Of a DNA stretch of 64,000 nt, positions 54,694 through 64,000 are shown in pieces (within the stretch, counting starts at the first letter, position 1; each line of letters starts with the position of its first letter). The stretch is taken from IMG/VR virus record IMGVR_UViG_3300029288_006769, positions 186,367 through 250,366 of that record. One strand, given 5' to 3'. The stretch comes from a virus. Below the pieces are notes generated by a model, which saw only the letters and a list, made by a program, of their open reading frames with translations, did not search any database and was not told the origin of the DNA. A program made the position numbers and the translations under genes.

Positions 54694-57642
54694 TCAGCAC
54701 AAGTTGTTCGTGATTATTCTTTCTTCTAAACGGAACAAATCGACAAGAATAGGACTATCTGATGTGTGTATTCCCTTATTACCTATTTGTATCATAATTA
54801 AAAGCTCTCCTGAAACTTTATTTCTGACAAGCAAAGGCATTGCAAATTCAGCATATAAAGTATCTACTAATGGTTCTTCAAAAATTATTTCTAACATTGG
54901 CTGAGACAGGAATCCTCTTTGTGTTGTCTCAGGAGTAGCAGGAACTAAGTAATCGGTATCAACCCATAAACGTCCTCCACCATGATAACCATAAACATCA
55001 TAAGAAGCAAACATCCAAGTATCAGTAGAAAAGCGTTTTCTTCCACCACCTGTGATTTCTATAACAGTGCCATTTCTCAAATAATCATTGAATGAACCAG
55101 GTAATTTTGGAGACAAAGGAGTGAACATTAATGATGATGTACCAGTAATTCCTGTCGTATCTATTACACCACCCCCTGTACCATTATTAAAGAAAACACC
55201 ATGTTCTCTCTTACAAACTAATGACAAATTCTGATTACCTATAGAGCTACCTTGATAAGGTGAATAAGAGTAAATCAGTTTTATTTGTGCTCCATCATGT
55301 GGTGCTCCCAAATAGTCACAGTCGATCCAGACACGATCTCTATTCGACATTGTAGTGATATATCCTGTGTTTGTAGACTCAGTACAATCAATAATCAGAC
55401 CGCCAATATCATATCCAGCTCCCGCACTCAATCTCACTTTCGTTCTTGTTCCTGCCCATTTGAACTGTGAAACTGTCGCTCCCACAGGTATTTCCCATTG
55501 AACTCCATTCGAATTATAAAGACTTATCCTCGAACCTATGGTACCACTTGTTGTCGCTCTATGCTCTAGCACATAGCTCAAAGGTTGACCCTGATAAATG
55601 TAACCAAGTAACTCTATTTCAGAACCAGGACCTGCAGGTATGTATTGTAAAGAAGTCAAAGACCCAATAAAATAATCTGCACTAACTAAAATTTTATTTG
55701 CTTCCAAATCTGAAACTTGGATTCTAGAAACAATATTCTGCATTGCAAGTTCGGTTCCACCAGTAGAAGATGTATAGACACCACGTAAATGCTGCAATGG
55801 ATAAGGTACATATATTGTTTTTGTTGTGACATTTAGTGTTTCTACTTCTAAAGCTCTTTGTGAACCATTTTTTGATGTAGTAGTTTGGATCAAAGGTGAA
55901 ATACGAACCTGTTTCCTTGCTCGAACAGATTCAGTCTCTGTGTAAGTTTGTGCATCTGTTATATTCTCAAATGGGTGTTCAAACAAATCTTGGAATCTTG
56001 TAGATTCTGTCTTGATATTCTGTCCTCTTACAACAACACCATTAGAAGTAGGAAATGATGATGCATTAGCATAGAGCACTCTAAACAAATCGTCCTGAAC
56101 ATTTGTTATACCCTGACCTGCAGGTATTTCAGTATCATAATAAACCCAAATATCATAATTTGTTCCAACCCAAATTCCAGTACTCATCGAAAAAATTGCT
56201 TGATTTGTATTTAGATTAGACCATGTACCCGTTATAACAGTTTTCAAGTGGTCTTCTAAATAAACTCTTGGTGTTCCCTTAATTATTGTTCCTGAAGGGT
56301 ATTTAGCAGTGACATGAACAACTATAGTGTTTCCTACAGCCCAGTTCCCAGTACCTGAACCTCTATAAACATCAAGTTCTACACCAGTTGTACTAACTGA
56401 AACACTCGCAAAAATATCAGATTGTTGTGTAATAGCATCAGACCAATATATTCTCTTACCACTTGGACCTACATTACCATACAAATCTGTATATCCAAAT
56501 ATATGCGTGTCTGAAATTGCATCATATGTAAGTTCTTTAATTCTATTTTGTCTTAATTCTCCCCTAAAAAATTTGTCAAGATTTTGCTCTAACAGTTTAT
56601 GATAATTCCAACCAGAAAAAGAAACCTTTTGTCTAAGATCTATTATATCAGTTGCATCAATGCCATCATGAAATTTTCCATCTGGTCTATCTGAAACAAG
56701 TGCTGATAAAACAGCTGAATTTCCAAGTTGATTATAAAGAGCTGTCAAATCATCACCACCAGTATCGCCCCAAAGATTTGTAGGTCTTCTATAAATTTTA
56801 AACATTGGAATAGCATAAGAATAACCATCTACAGTTTGTAATGCAATTTGAGAAGCTTCATTTCCAAATCCTGCTCTCCACAAACCGACATCACCTAATT
56901 CATGAATCATATTGGTAAAATTGTAACTTGCTACTTGTGATACTGCAGCAGCACCCTGAGCTCTTACATTAGTGTCATCAAATCCATAAGAATCTGTACT
57001 CATAAAATCTACATTTGAAACTACTCTGATTCTATATTGAACTTGAACTCTTTCTGATGTTTCTTCATCAAAAACTGTGTCTATAGAGTCATCAACTAAA
57101 TTTGTTCCACCAAATTGTACATTACCAAATTTGTAGATATTATCTGCGTCCGGTTTATTTTGAGCAATTGGAAGATTGTTCTCATCTCTAGCTCTAAGCT
57201 GTGCTCTCCAAACTTCAAGAAAAACAAAATCCCAACGTGCTGCACTTCCAGCAGGTGAAAGAGTGATTTGATTTAAAATTGTATCAGTGTAATTTACTCC
57301 TCCTATTAAAACAGGGTATCCATTAACGACAGCATTCGGAATAACAGCTTCTTGATTATCTTCTTGGGCATAAAATCTAATCGTATTTGCAATTCCACAA
57401 TTTGTGCTGCTCTGATTTTTCCCAAGAGATAACCACCCGCTTGGGATATTAGATTTTATTAAATTGGAAACTGTGTTTCCTGCAACATCATTTAACAAAT
57501 TCCATTCAGAATCTAATGCAGCTTTACCTGTTCGCCATATTACATTTGAAAAGTTTCTGAAATTTGCTTGTAAAGTCCTGCTTACAATTTCTTCTGAAGG
57601 AGTTCTTTTAAATACACCATAATTATTAGTTCCATTATCCAT
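54694..57642 (-). CDS. large virion structural protein (tail fiber or baseplate-like)
   Basis: 982 aa, beta-rich Gly/Ser/Thr/Asn composition typical of phage fibers. Confidence 0.5.
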   Translation of the reverse strand: MDNGTNNYGVFKRTPSEEIVSRTLQANFRNFSNVIWRTGKAALDSEWNLLNDVAGNTVSNLIKSNIPSGWLSLGKNQSSTNCGIANTIRFYAQEDNQEAVIPNAVVNGYPVLIGGVNYTDTILNQITLSPAGSAARWDFVFLEVWRAQLRARDENNLPIAQNKPDADNIYKFGNVQFGGTNLVDDSIDTVFDEETSERVQVQYRIRVVSNVDFMSTDSYGFDDTNVRAQGAAAVSQVASYNFTNMIHELGDVGLWRAGFGNEASQIALQTVDGYSYAIPMFKIYRRPTNLWGDTGGDDLTALYNQLGNSAVLSALVSDRPDGKFHDGIDATDIIDLRQKVSFSGWNYHKLLEQNLDKFFRGELRQNRIKELTYDAISDTHIFGYTDLYGNVGPSGKRIYWSDAITQQSDIFASVSVSTTGVELDVYRGSGTGNWAVGNTIVVHVTAKYPSGTIIKGTPRVYLEDHLKTVITGTWSNLNTNQAIFSMSTGIWVGTNYDIWVYYDTEIPAGQGITNVQDDLFRVLYANASSFPTSNGVVVRGQNIKTESTRFQDLFEHPFENITDAQTYTETESVRARKQVRISPLIQTTTSKNGSQRALEVETLNVTTKTIYVPYPLQHLRGVYTSSTGGTELAMQNIVSRIQVSDLEANKILVSADYFIGSLTSLQYIPAGPGSEIELLGYIYQGQPLSYVLEHRATTSGTIGSRISLYNSNGVQWEIPVGATVSQFKWAGTRTKVRLSAGAGYDIGGLIIDCTESTNTGYITTMSNRDRVWIDCDYLGAPHDGAQIKLIYSYSPYQGSSIGNQNLSLVCKREHGVFFNNGTGGGVIDTTGITGTSSLMFTPLSPKLPGSFNDYLRNGTVIEITGGGRKRFSTDTWMFASYDVYGYHGGGRLWVDTDYLVPATPETTQRGFLSQPMLEIIFEEPLVDTLYAEFAMPLLVRNKVSGELLIMIQIGNKGIHTSDSPILVDLFRLEERIITNNLC

Positions 57643-57645
57643 TTT

Positions 57646-57963
57646 TTACTCCTTAAAAATCGTTGAATTCATAAAAAATATATTCGTTCTTGAAACTATT
57701 TCTTTCAGTTTTTTCTCGCCTTCATTGCCATACAATTCTCTTGAATATTGAACTAACATAAACCAGACACTATTTACTAAATTTGAAAATTTTTCTTCTA
57801 AACTTCTAGTATCAACATTTTCAGTAAGTAATTTCAAATCATGATCAGTGTAACGATATCTATTGCCTACTCTCTTAGGCTTCAAATTCTTTTGCTTGCA
57901 CAATTTATAAAGGGTAGGCTTTGAAATTTTCAATAAACCCATTATGTCTTTTGTCGAGTACAT
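57646..57963 (-). CDS. HTH DNA-binding protein (excisionase/AlpA-like)
   Basis: MGLLKISKPTLYKLCKQKNLKPKRVGNRYRYTDHDL matches the Xis/AlpA-type HTH. Confidence 0.55.
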   Translation of the reverse strand: MYSTKDIMGLLKISKPTLYKLCKQKNLKPKRVGNRYRYTDHDLKLLTENVDTRSLEEKFSNLVNSVWFMLVQYSRELYGNEGEKKLKEIVSRTNIFFMNSTIFKE

Positions 57964-58157
57964 TCTTTAATTCTTTTAATAGCATAGATGTTAAGATCTA
58001 ATATATCTCTTGATGTTACTCGAGAGTTAACTTTAAATTTGTTTTGTAGCTCGACAAACAATTTATCTCTTAATTCTGTTTGTGAACGTATATGCTCAGG
58101 CAATTGGTCCCAATTGAAAACTAAACTACCATCAGAAAAATATTGAACTAGTTGCAT
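57942..58157 (-). CDS. hypothetical small protein
   Basis: 71 aa; RBS AGGAACAAAAATG; a roughly 200-nt AT-rich upstream region (58160-58365) probably holds a promoter. Confidence 0.35.
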   Translation of the reverse strand: MQLVQYFSDGSLVFNWDQLPEHIRSQTELRDKLFVELQNKFKVNSRVTSRDILDLNIYAIKRIKECTRQKT

Positions 58158-58364
58158 TTTTGTTCCTATTTTTACCGTTTTTTACCCTTGCTTATAATTA
58201 CAATAAATACATTAGAAAAATTACAAGTTGCATGATATATGTGGAATTTATTATTATGAAGAATTTTCTGAGACATATCTGATTCGATAAGCCCCAGAAA
58301 ATTTTAACGTAACCAAGCTACGAGCCTACAAGACATATCATAATACATCGGCCATAGGAATCCA

Positions 58365-58904
58365 TTAAAAGATGAGTTTCCACATTATGTTTAATTGCGA
58401 TGTTTCATCTTTATTTAAAACAGGAAAATGTTTCGCATTAACTCTCGTTCCATCTCCTGCTGCTAATGAATTAGTTCCACCAAATAATCCCATTTCAACT
58501 AAAGGACCGTTAGCCTCTGCATAATCAAACAATGTCGTAAACTCTATTTTATTTGTTCGCGTACCGACAGGTACACCAGCATCATCCACATAGGTCCTGC
58601 TCGTAATTTGCTTTCTTGCAAGTTCACTATATAATTGTGTAAGATCTGATGTTTCTGCAGGAGGATTTTGAATATCCCAACCACTTCCACCTGTACCAAC
58701 AGCTAAAGTAAGAATCCCTGGAACTGTTGGTGTAAGTAATTGAAAAGACCATTCTGCAATAAGTTCACTACAAATATCAACAATAAGATTCTTGAAATGT
58801 CTATCGGGCTGCTCTAAAATTTGTTCCCTTGTTATATGATTCCCAAGTTTCATCCAGACTTCACCTGATTTCAAACGGATTTTTCCATTTTCTAATAGTT
58901 CCAT
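58365..58904 (-). CDS. hypothetical protein (possible virion component)
   Basis: 179 aa, lies between two giant structural genes. Confidence 0.45.
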   Translation of the reverse strand: MELLENGKIRLKSGEVWMKLGNHITREQILEQPDRHFKNLIVDICSELIAEWSFQLLTPTVPGILTLAVGTGGSGWDIQNPPAETSDLTQLYSELARKQITSRTYVDDAGVPVGTRTNKIEFTTLFDYAEANGPLVEMGLFGGTNSLAAGDGTRVNAKHFPVLNKDETSQLNIMWKLIF

Positions 58905-59023
58905 TATAACCTCCTTAGAGTTTTTTTCCCTGTTTTATCAGTCATAATAATAACAACTGTTTCTTTAGGTTTTTCAATTCTTTCTTCGTTTTTTCTCGGA
59001 TTTGGTTTTACCTGTTTTTGCAT
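58904..59023 (-). CDS. small basic protein (39 aa), translationally coupled
   Basis: MQKQVKPNPRKNEERIEKPKETVVIIMTDKTGKKTLRRL with strong RBS TAGGAGAAATATG; its stop overlaps the next ATG (TAATG). Confidence 0.3.
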   Translation of the reverse strand: MQKQVKPNPRKNEERIEKPKETVVIIMTDKTGKKTLRRL

Positions 59024-59030
59024 ATTTCTC

Positions 59031-62000
59031 CTATGACATCAGTGTCATTGTATAGGTATCATGATTCAAACATTTCTTGTTTATGATAGAGACTCCATTC
59101 AATATAAAATTTTTATCATTCAAATAAGTGAAAGAAATTTCAGGATTAGGAACATGGCCTGATTCTGGAGAATACCATTTTGCAACTTCATTGAGCATCA
59201 AAGGTTCTTTGAAATCTTCTCTTGTTGTAGAAACATTATTGTAATTAGTATCGCAAACATGAGCATGCATTTCTACATCAGGTATTTTTATTCTACCTAC
59301 AACCTGACGTGTAGTCAATGAACTTCGTTTTTCTATTTCAAATCCTGTCTCACCATCGCTTACTATAAATTCATCAAGCTCTGTTTCAAGAATGTCGAAA
59401 TATTGCGAGCCACCACCAAAAAAACTTTCAATACGATGTTGAATCCAATGTTGATAACTAATCCCACAACCATCAAGATACATCGTGACAACTCTATATA
59501 TAAAATACTTGTTGTACTTATACGTCACAAATACTGGCTCATAAGCTGCAGGTGTGACAGAAATTCTTACAAATCCCGTAAGAGGATCCAATTCCAAAAT
59601 TTGTACTGGCGTTCCATTAACAGTCACAGTAACATCAGCAAATTCAGCTACATGAGTTCCGTCATGTAGTATGGGAATTCTATGTATATAGAAATAATTT
59701 TCAGCTCCAGTAAACTGCGATGTTACCTCTTCTATATATGTGTTGACTCTTTCTAGACTTTCAGCGCAATCTTGTCTTACATCTTCTTCAAATCTGCTAT
59801 TGAAACTATACTTAAACCTGTCACAAATAGCTGTATCAGATTGTGTCTCAGCAGCTTGATATCCATCAAATGCAATTCTAGGGATTCTATTACCAAATTG
59901 GTTTATTACATAATCGCCAAATTCGTCAACTTCCCATAACAAAGTACAACCAGCTTGAAAATCGAATTCTTCAACCCAACCAAATCTTTGTACTATAAAA
60001 ACATGAGCAGGTTTTACAAGATTAAACACATGCGAAAGATTCTTACTAAGTGCAATCAGATCTACACCAGTAAAAGTATCTGTTATCATGATATCGGCTG
60101 TGAATACAAATTGTTCTGATATGTCTGTACCTTCAGCAAATACTACTTCAACTATTTTTACGTCAGTTCCCAAAAATAAAGACACACCTTGCTCGATAGA
60201 AGATTTCAATGAACCTTTAAAAAGAATTGAAATTAAAGATTGAAGAAGTCTTCTGTAATCATCATGAGACATATCTACTTGAGGTAATGTTTCAAGCAAA
60301 TATCCCAATTTTGAATAAAGATTTGAAGAACGAAGTGTTGTATAAGATCTATCTTCATTTAGGTGTTCGATTTCTTCTAAATGCCTTGCAAGTTCCAAAC
60401 AGATCGCTTTTTGGTGTCCATAAAAATTTGTCGATTTTGATCGTGAGTAATTGCTTGCCATATTAGCTTGCATATCACTCAAGTAATCAAGAGCTACTCT
60501 ATTGAGATAATTTCTCTTTTTTATTGAAGGTGTTGCATAAATATGTGGCACAAATGCATAAGTAAATGTATCCATTATATTGCCAGCATTATCTTCAGCA
60601 TTTATTGAAACATTTACTGTAACTTTATGTTCGAAATTAAAACTCGGGCTTGCAAATACTAAATAACCCTTTCCTCTTTCAAAAAACGAGAAATTTAAGT
60701 TTTCTTCGGGCAAATAAAAATCTACAACACCAGGATCAACAATATTGAGACTACTTATATTAAGCAGATAGATGCTCTCTGTTTGTTCATAACGAGAATC
60801 TAAAATTGTTACTTCATAATTTGGAAGACTATTTAGATAAAGTTCAACTTTTTTTATTGTATTTCGATCTGTTTCGTTGAAACTTATTGAAACGTCTTTT
60901 ACTGAATCAATATAAGTCACTAAAGATCTATTGAAAATTTGCAATGTTGCTGTCGTACAAACACCAGTATATTGAATCCTTAAAATATTTTTTGAATTTA
61001 TCTTGAATTCAATGCTGTTGATTGTAACATTGACGCTCTTAATATTTACACCTGATTGACTATCATCAATGAAAGCTATAACATTAGTTGCTGTTGAAAC
61101 ATCTTGAACATTAGGTGCTGGATATACCTCTCTTACCCATGGGCTCAAAACATCTGGTGTTACAAGATTGAATTCTAATGTCGGTGCAACATTGCCAGCA
61201 AAATCTGTAACGTTTCTTACTTTTAGTAACTCTACATCTTGAAAATTCAAAAGCCCTGTAATCGGAGAAATCGTAATAGTATAATCAGCTGCTGTACCTG
61301 CGTAAGAAAAATATGATGCATTTTTTGTAGTAGAATAAACAACACCATCAACATCTATAATAACAGAATCAATATCTACTCCTGATAATGCATCTCTGAT
61401 TTTAACCACAATTTCTGTAGTAGTATCTGTTATTATGCATCCTGCTGGTTGAAACTCATAGATCTCAGGTTCTTCAAGATCTATTTGAACAATCTGTGTT
61501 TTAATTGTTTCTATATTTCCCGCATTATCTACAGAGAAATATTTTAACGTATAAGTACCTGAAGTCAAGAGATCAACATAGGTACCATAAGCTGAAGACT
61601 GAGTTGGATCCGTGCCATCCGTTGTGTAATATGTCCTATAAGTTCCTGACCCAACATCGGTGACTAAGAAATTGATCCTTGATTGTGATGTATAACCTAC
61701 AGGTGCATCTGTTGTAGTTTCTGGTGCAGTTGCATCATATTTAATAACGGCAATTTTTGATGTTTCAATATTGCCAACATTATCGATGCTATAATATGTT
61801 ATTGTTATTGCACCTTCGGGCAACAAGAAGGGTGCTGTATATTCATAAAATAAACCGTCATTCAACCTGTAAAAAGTCTGATCGACGCCCGAGAATGAAT
61901 CAATGGATGTAAAACTGATTGTTGGTTGTGTTCTATACCAATAATTATTGCCATCCGGAACAACAGGTGATACAACAATACTAGTAAGTGGAGGGTCCGC

Positions 62001-64000
62001 ATCAACACTTACAAGATTAAGCCCTGTCTTAACAGCCTCAGAATTTCCTGCAAAATCTACAGAAAAATATTTAATGTTGTAGATTCCTGAGGAATCTAAT
62101 TGTATATAAGTGCTATTTTGTGATGTTCTTGTAGGTGTAAGTCCATTTGTTGTATAATGAGTTGCTGAAACTCCTGAGCCTGGCATTGCATCAAAAGGAA
62201 ACAGTTCAATATTGACAGGTGCTTTAAGCCAACCTGGACCTGGTATATTGTCAGTTGTTACTGGAGCAACTCTATCAAGTTTGTATGGTAATACATAGAG
62301 CAAACTTTGTTTTTGAGGTGCTCCTGTATTTAGAACTGTATTGCTATCATAAGCTCTAGCATAAATAGTTCTTTGGCCATCAATAGAATAAAATTGCGAA
62401 GAAGTTCTAAGGAAAGTAACAGCGTAATTCACTCTATTATTTGCAAGAACATCAGCACGTAAACCTGAAGGCGAAAGCAGCACTTCCGTACTTAATTCAG
62501 AACTATCAAGCCCGAAATTGACTTTTTCTAAACCAATATAATGTCTATAATCAACAAGCATTCTATCATACACAGAGTATGTTGCATCATAAACATCAGT
62601 ATCAACCATGCTTTCAGTTATTGTTATTCTACTACCTTCAAGGACAAAATTTGTAGTCGGTATACCATTTCTTCTTATTATTAATGTACCTATAATCGGT
62701 ACGTCATATAGATAATCAAGTTTTTCGGGATTATGAATATGAAGAATTTGGGGTGTAACAATAACTTTAACAGGAACATGTCTTTCACTACCTCTTACAA
62801 ATACTTTGTCGCAAGATGCTTCATTAAGTTCAAATCTGTCGAAGGTGTAAGATTTATCTGTAATTGATGTTCTTATTCTCGAAACATTGTTTACAAATCG
62901 ATTATTCAACCGTAATTCATATTCCCAAATTCCTGGCAAAACTTCTGTTTCAGAAAGTATTGTCGGTTCTTCGTCAATTCGATCTATTCTATCCTCAGAC
63001 CACAATTGGACATTCAAACCGAAATTATATTTGAACCAGCCATTTTCTCCATCCTCAAGAGGATCTAAATCGAAATCAATATGTAACTGTGGTATACGTT
63101 TATCAATTCGAATCTGATACTGAGCTTCGTGTGGAGTTTCAACATTGCCAGCGGCATCAATAGAAAAATACTTGATTGTATATGTACCGGGTTCAGTAAA
63201 ATCTATTGATGTACCCTCAAGCGAATTTATTGTTGGCTCTGAACCATCTGTTGTATAAAACGTATGTGCTATACTTGAAATGGCATCAGTCGGCAATAAA
63301 TGAACAGTAAGATCATAATCATTAGTATAAGGTGGATTATAAGGATCGATAAGTCTATAATCTATACTGTTCAATACTTGAGGGTCATGTGAAATATCGA
63401 ATGCATAAGAAACATTTACAATATCTCCTGCTGAAAATGGTACACCCGAGAAGCTATAATCAACAGACAGTATATCGCCAAGATCGATTCCTTCGATGCC
63501 TTGCAAAACTAAATTTCCAGCTAAAGTCGAACTTGCAAAATCTACAGTATATGTTATGCCCTTTGTTTTATTATGGATTCTGTAAATATGATAAAAATCA
63601 ATAAGCGGGCTTCCGCCTAAACCCAAAAGTTGTATTCTAAATTCATCAAGGCGACTTGAATTTTCGTTCCTAACAACAGGGAGAACTTGTATTACATCTC
63701 TATCGGTTCCTAAAATTTCTTCTAAGATATATTCTTGAGATTTAGTTACATTGTAACAATAAGGGACAGCTACAATATCTTTATTTCTAAGTCTTAAATT
63801 ATAAGGCCCTATAATTACGGGATTTTCTTCAGGTACTTGTTGATGTCCCGAACCTCTTGCTGTATAAATAATTCCTTGGTACTTTATTGTGTCATCTGTC
63901 GTTACCGGTGCTGAATAATCATATTTGAAAATTGCCTGATTTTCTATTTCTTCATTTCCAGCATAATCTACTGCATAAAATCTTAAAACATGTTGACCTT
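59031..64000 (-). CDS. giant Ig-like repeat structural/adhesin protein, 5' end outside the window
   Basis: the reading frame stays open upstream of the track start at 63626 (a TTG) all the way to position 64000; at least four beta-sandwich repeats carry the motif Y-[FY]-S-[IV]-D-x-A-G-N-x-E. Confidence 0.6.
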   Translation of the reverse strand, partial: GQHVLRFYAVDYAGNEEIENQAIFKYDYSAPVTTDDTIKYQGIIYTARGSGHQQVPEENPVIIGPYNLRLRNKDIVAVPYCYNVTKSQEYILEEILGTDRDVIQVLPVVRNENSSRLDEFRIQLLGLGGSPLIDFYHIYRIHNKTKGITYTVDFASSTLAGNLVLQGIEGIDLGDILSVDYSFSGVPFSAGDIVNVSYAFDISHDPQVLNSIDYRLIDPYNPPYTNDYDLTVHLLPTDAISSIAHTFYTTDGSEPTINSLEGTSIDFTEPGTYTIKYFSIDAAGNVETPHEAQYQIRIDKRIPQLHIDFDLDPLEDGENGWFKYNFGLNVQLWSEDRIDRIDEEPTILSETEVLPGIWEYELRLNNRFVNNVSRIRTSITDKSYTFDRFELNEASCDKVFVRGSERHVPVKVIVTPQILHIHNPEKLDYLYDVPIIGTLIIRRNGIPTTNFVLEGSRITITESMVDTDVYDATYSVYDRMLVDYRHYIGLEKVNFGLDSSELSTEVLLSPSGLRADVLANNRVNYAVTFLRTSSQFYSIDGQRTIYARAYDSNTVLNTGAPQKQSLLYVLPYKLDRVAPVTTDNIPGPGWLKAPVNIELFPFDAMPGSGVSATHYTTNGLTPTRTSQNSTYIQLDSSGIYNIKYFSVDFAGNSEAVKTGLNLVSVDADPPLTSIVVSPVVPDGNNYWYRTQPTISFTSIDSFSGVDQTFYRLNDGLFYEYTAPFLLPEGAITITYYSIDNVGNIETSKIAVIKYDATAPETTTDAPVGYTSQSRINFLVTDVGSGTYRTYYTTDGTDPTQSSAYGTYVDLLTSGTYTLKYFSVDNAGNIETIKTQIVQIDLEEPEIYEFQPAGCIITDTTTEIVVKIRDALSGVDIDSVIIDVDGVVYSTTKNASYFSYAGTAADYTITISPITGLLNFQDVELLKVRNVTDFAGNVAPTLEFNLVTPDVLSPWVREVYPAPNVQDVSTATNVIAFIDDSQSGVNIKSVNVTINSIEFKINSKNILRIQYTGVCTTATLQIFNRSLVTYIDSVKDVSISFNETDRNTIKKVELYLNSLPNYEVTILDSRYEQTESIYLLNISSLNIVDPGVVDFYLPEENLNFSFFERGKGYLVFASPSFNFEHKVTVNVSINAEDNAGNIMDTFTYAFVPHIYATPSIKKRNYLNRVALDYLSDMQANMASNYSRSKSTNFYGHQKAICLELARHLEEIEHLNEDRSYTTLRSSNLYSKLGYLLETLPQVDMSHDDYRRLLQSLISILFKGSLKSSIEQGVSLFLGTDVKIVEVVFAEGTDISEQFVFTADIMITDTFTGVDLIALSKNLSHVFNLVKPAHVFIVQRFGWVEEFDFQAGCTLLWEVDEFGDYVINQFGNRIPRIAFDGYQAAETQSDTAICDRFKYSFNSRFEEDVRQDCAESLERVNTYIEEVTSQFTGAENYFYIHRIPILHDGTHVAEFADVTVTVNGTPVQILELDPLTGFVRISVTPAAYEPVFVTYKYNKYFIYRVVTMYLDGCGISYQHWIQHRIESFFGGGSQYFDILETELDEFIVSDGETGFEIEKRSSLTTRQVVGRIKIPDVEMHAHVCDTNYNNVSTTREDFKEPLMLNEVAKWYSPESGHVPNPEISFTYLNDKNFILNGVSIINKKCLNHDTYTMTLMS

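Noticed and set aside
1285-63604. All plus-strand ORFs in the six-frame track (e.g. 1285-1503, 2175-2525, 34183-34710, 52701-52988)
   Set aside because: Every one lies inside a longer minus-strand gene that has clear homology or an RBS. They have low-complexity, Phe/Leu/Ile-rich translations typical of antisense shadow ORFs in AT-rich DNA, and none has a convincing RBS.
59031-63626. DNA-level tandem repeats within the giant structural gene
   Set aside because: The repetition is at the protein-domain level (divergent Ig-like modules) and not in near-identical nucleotide repeats. It is not a mobile or satellite element.
1-64000. tRNA genes
   Set aside because: I looked for GTTCGAATC/GGTTCGA T-arm-like strings outside the tmRNA and found none I could fold convincingly by eye. 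This needs tRNAscan-SE.
1-64000. Interpretation as a bacterial chromosomal segment because of tmRNA, trigger factor, sigma factor, NusG and flotillin
   Set aside because: These genes are interleaved with unmistakably T4-like phage replication and recombination genes (gp32-like SSB, UvsX, gp46/47, gp41-like helicase, primase, RNaseH, UvsW) on a single strand, with phage-style overlapping junctions. A large phage genome is the coherent explanation.

Overview
This is an AT-rich window (about 30-35% GC) in which every convincing gene lies on the minus strand, with tightly packed and often overlapping (ATGA/TAATG) junctions. That arrangement is typical of a large virulent phage, possibly a jumbo or 'huge' phage, and not of a bacterial chromosome. 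The core is a T4-like replication and recombination module: a gp32-like Zn-binding SSB, a UvsX/RecA recombinase, a RuvC resolvase, SbcD/gp47 and SbcC/gp46, an RNaseH/FEN 5'-3' exonuclease, a DinG/XPD Fe-S helicase, a DnaG-type primase, a DnaB-type helicase with its AAA+ loader, and a UvsW-like SF2 helicase interrupted by a LAGLIDADG intein. Genes normally found in bacteria are embedded among these: a complete one-piece tmRNA with its own promoter and terminator, a full-length trigger factor, a sigma-70 family factor, a second protein carrying sigma region 4, a NusG-like antiterminator, a flotillin-NfeD membrane operon bounded by nearly identical terminator hairpins, and a membrane histidine-kinase-like protein. 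Other accessory features are listed here.
- An IS605-type TnpB lies next to a roughly 430-bp tandem duplication of a two-gene cassette (a small acidic ORF plus a Cys-rich ORF); the C-termini have diverged and one copy has a poly-A frameshift.
- A DUF559-like endonuclease and a vWA protein are inserted between sbcD and sbcC.
- Also present are a NYN nuclease, a Cas4-like PD-(D/E)XK nuclease, a ligase-like protein whose motif-I lysine is lost, a truncated RfbB-like protein, a spanin/holin-like trio, and giant Ig-repeat structural proteins; the largest of these runs off the 3' end of the window.
No CRISPR array or tRNA could be confirmed by eye. I consider the TnpB plus duplicated-cassette locus, the flotillin/NfeD moron and the protease/orphan-kinase membrane cluster the best candidates for undescribed systems. 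All plus-strand ORFs in the six-frame track look like shadow ORFs.
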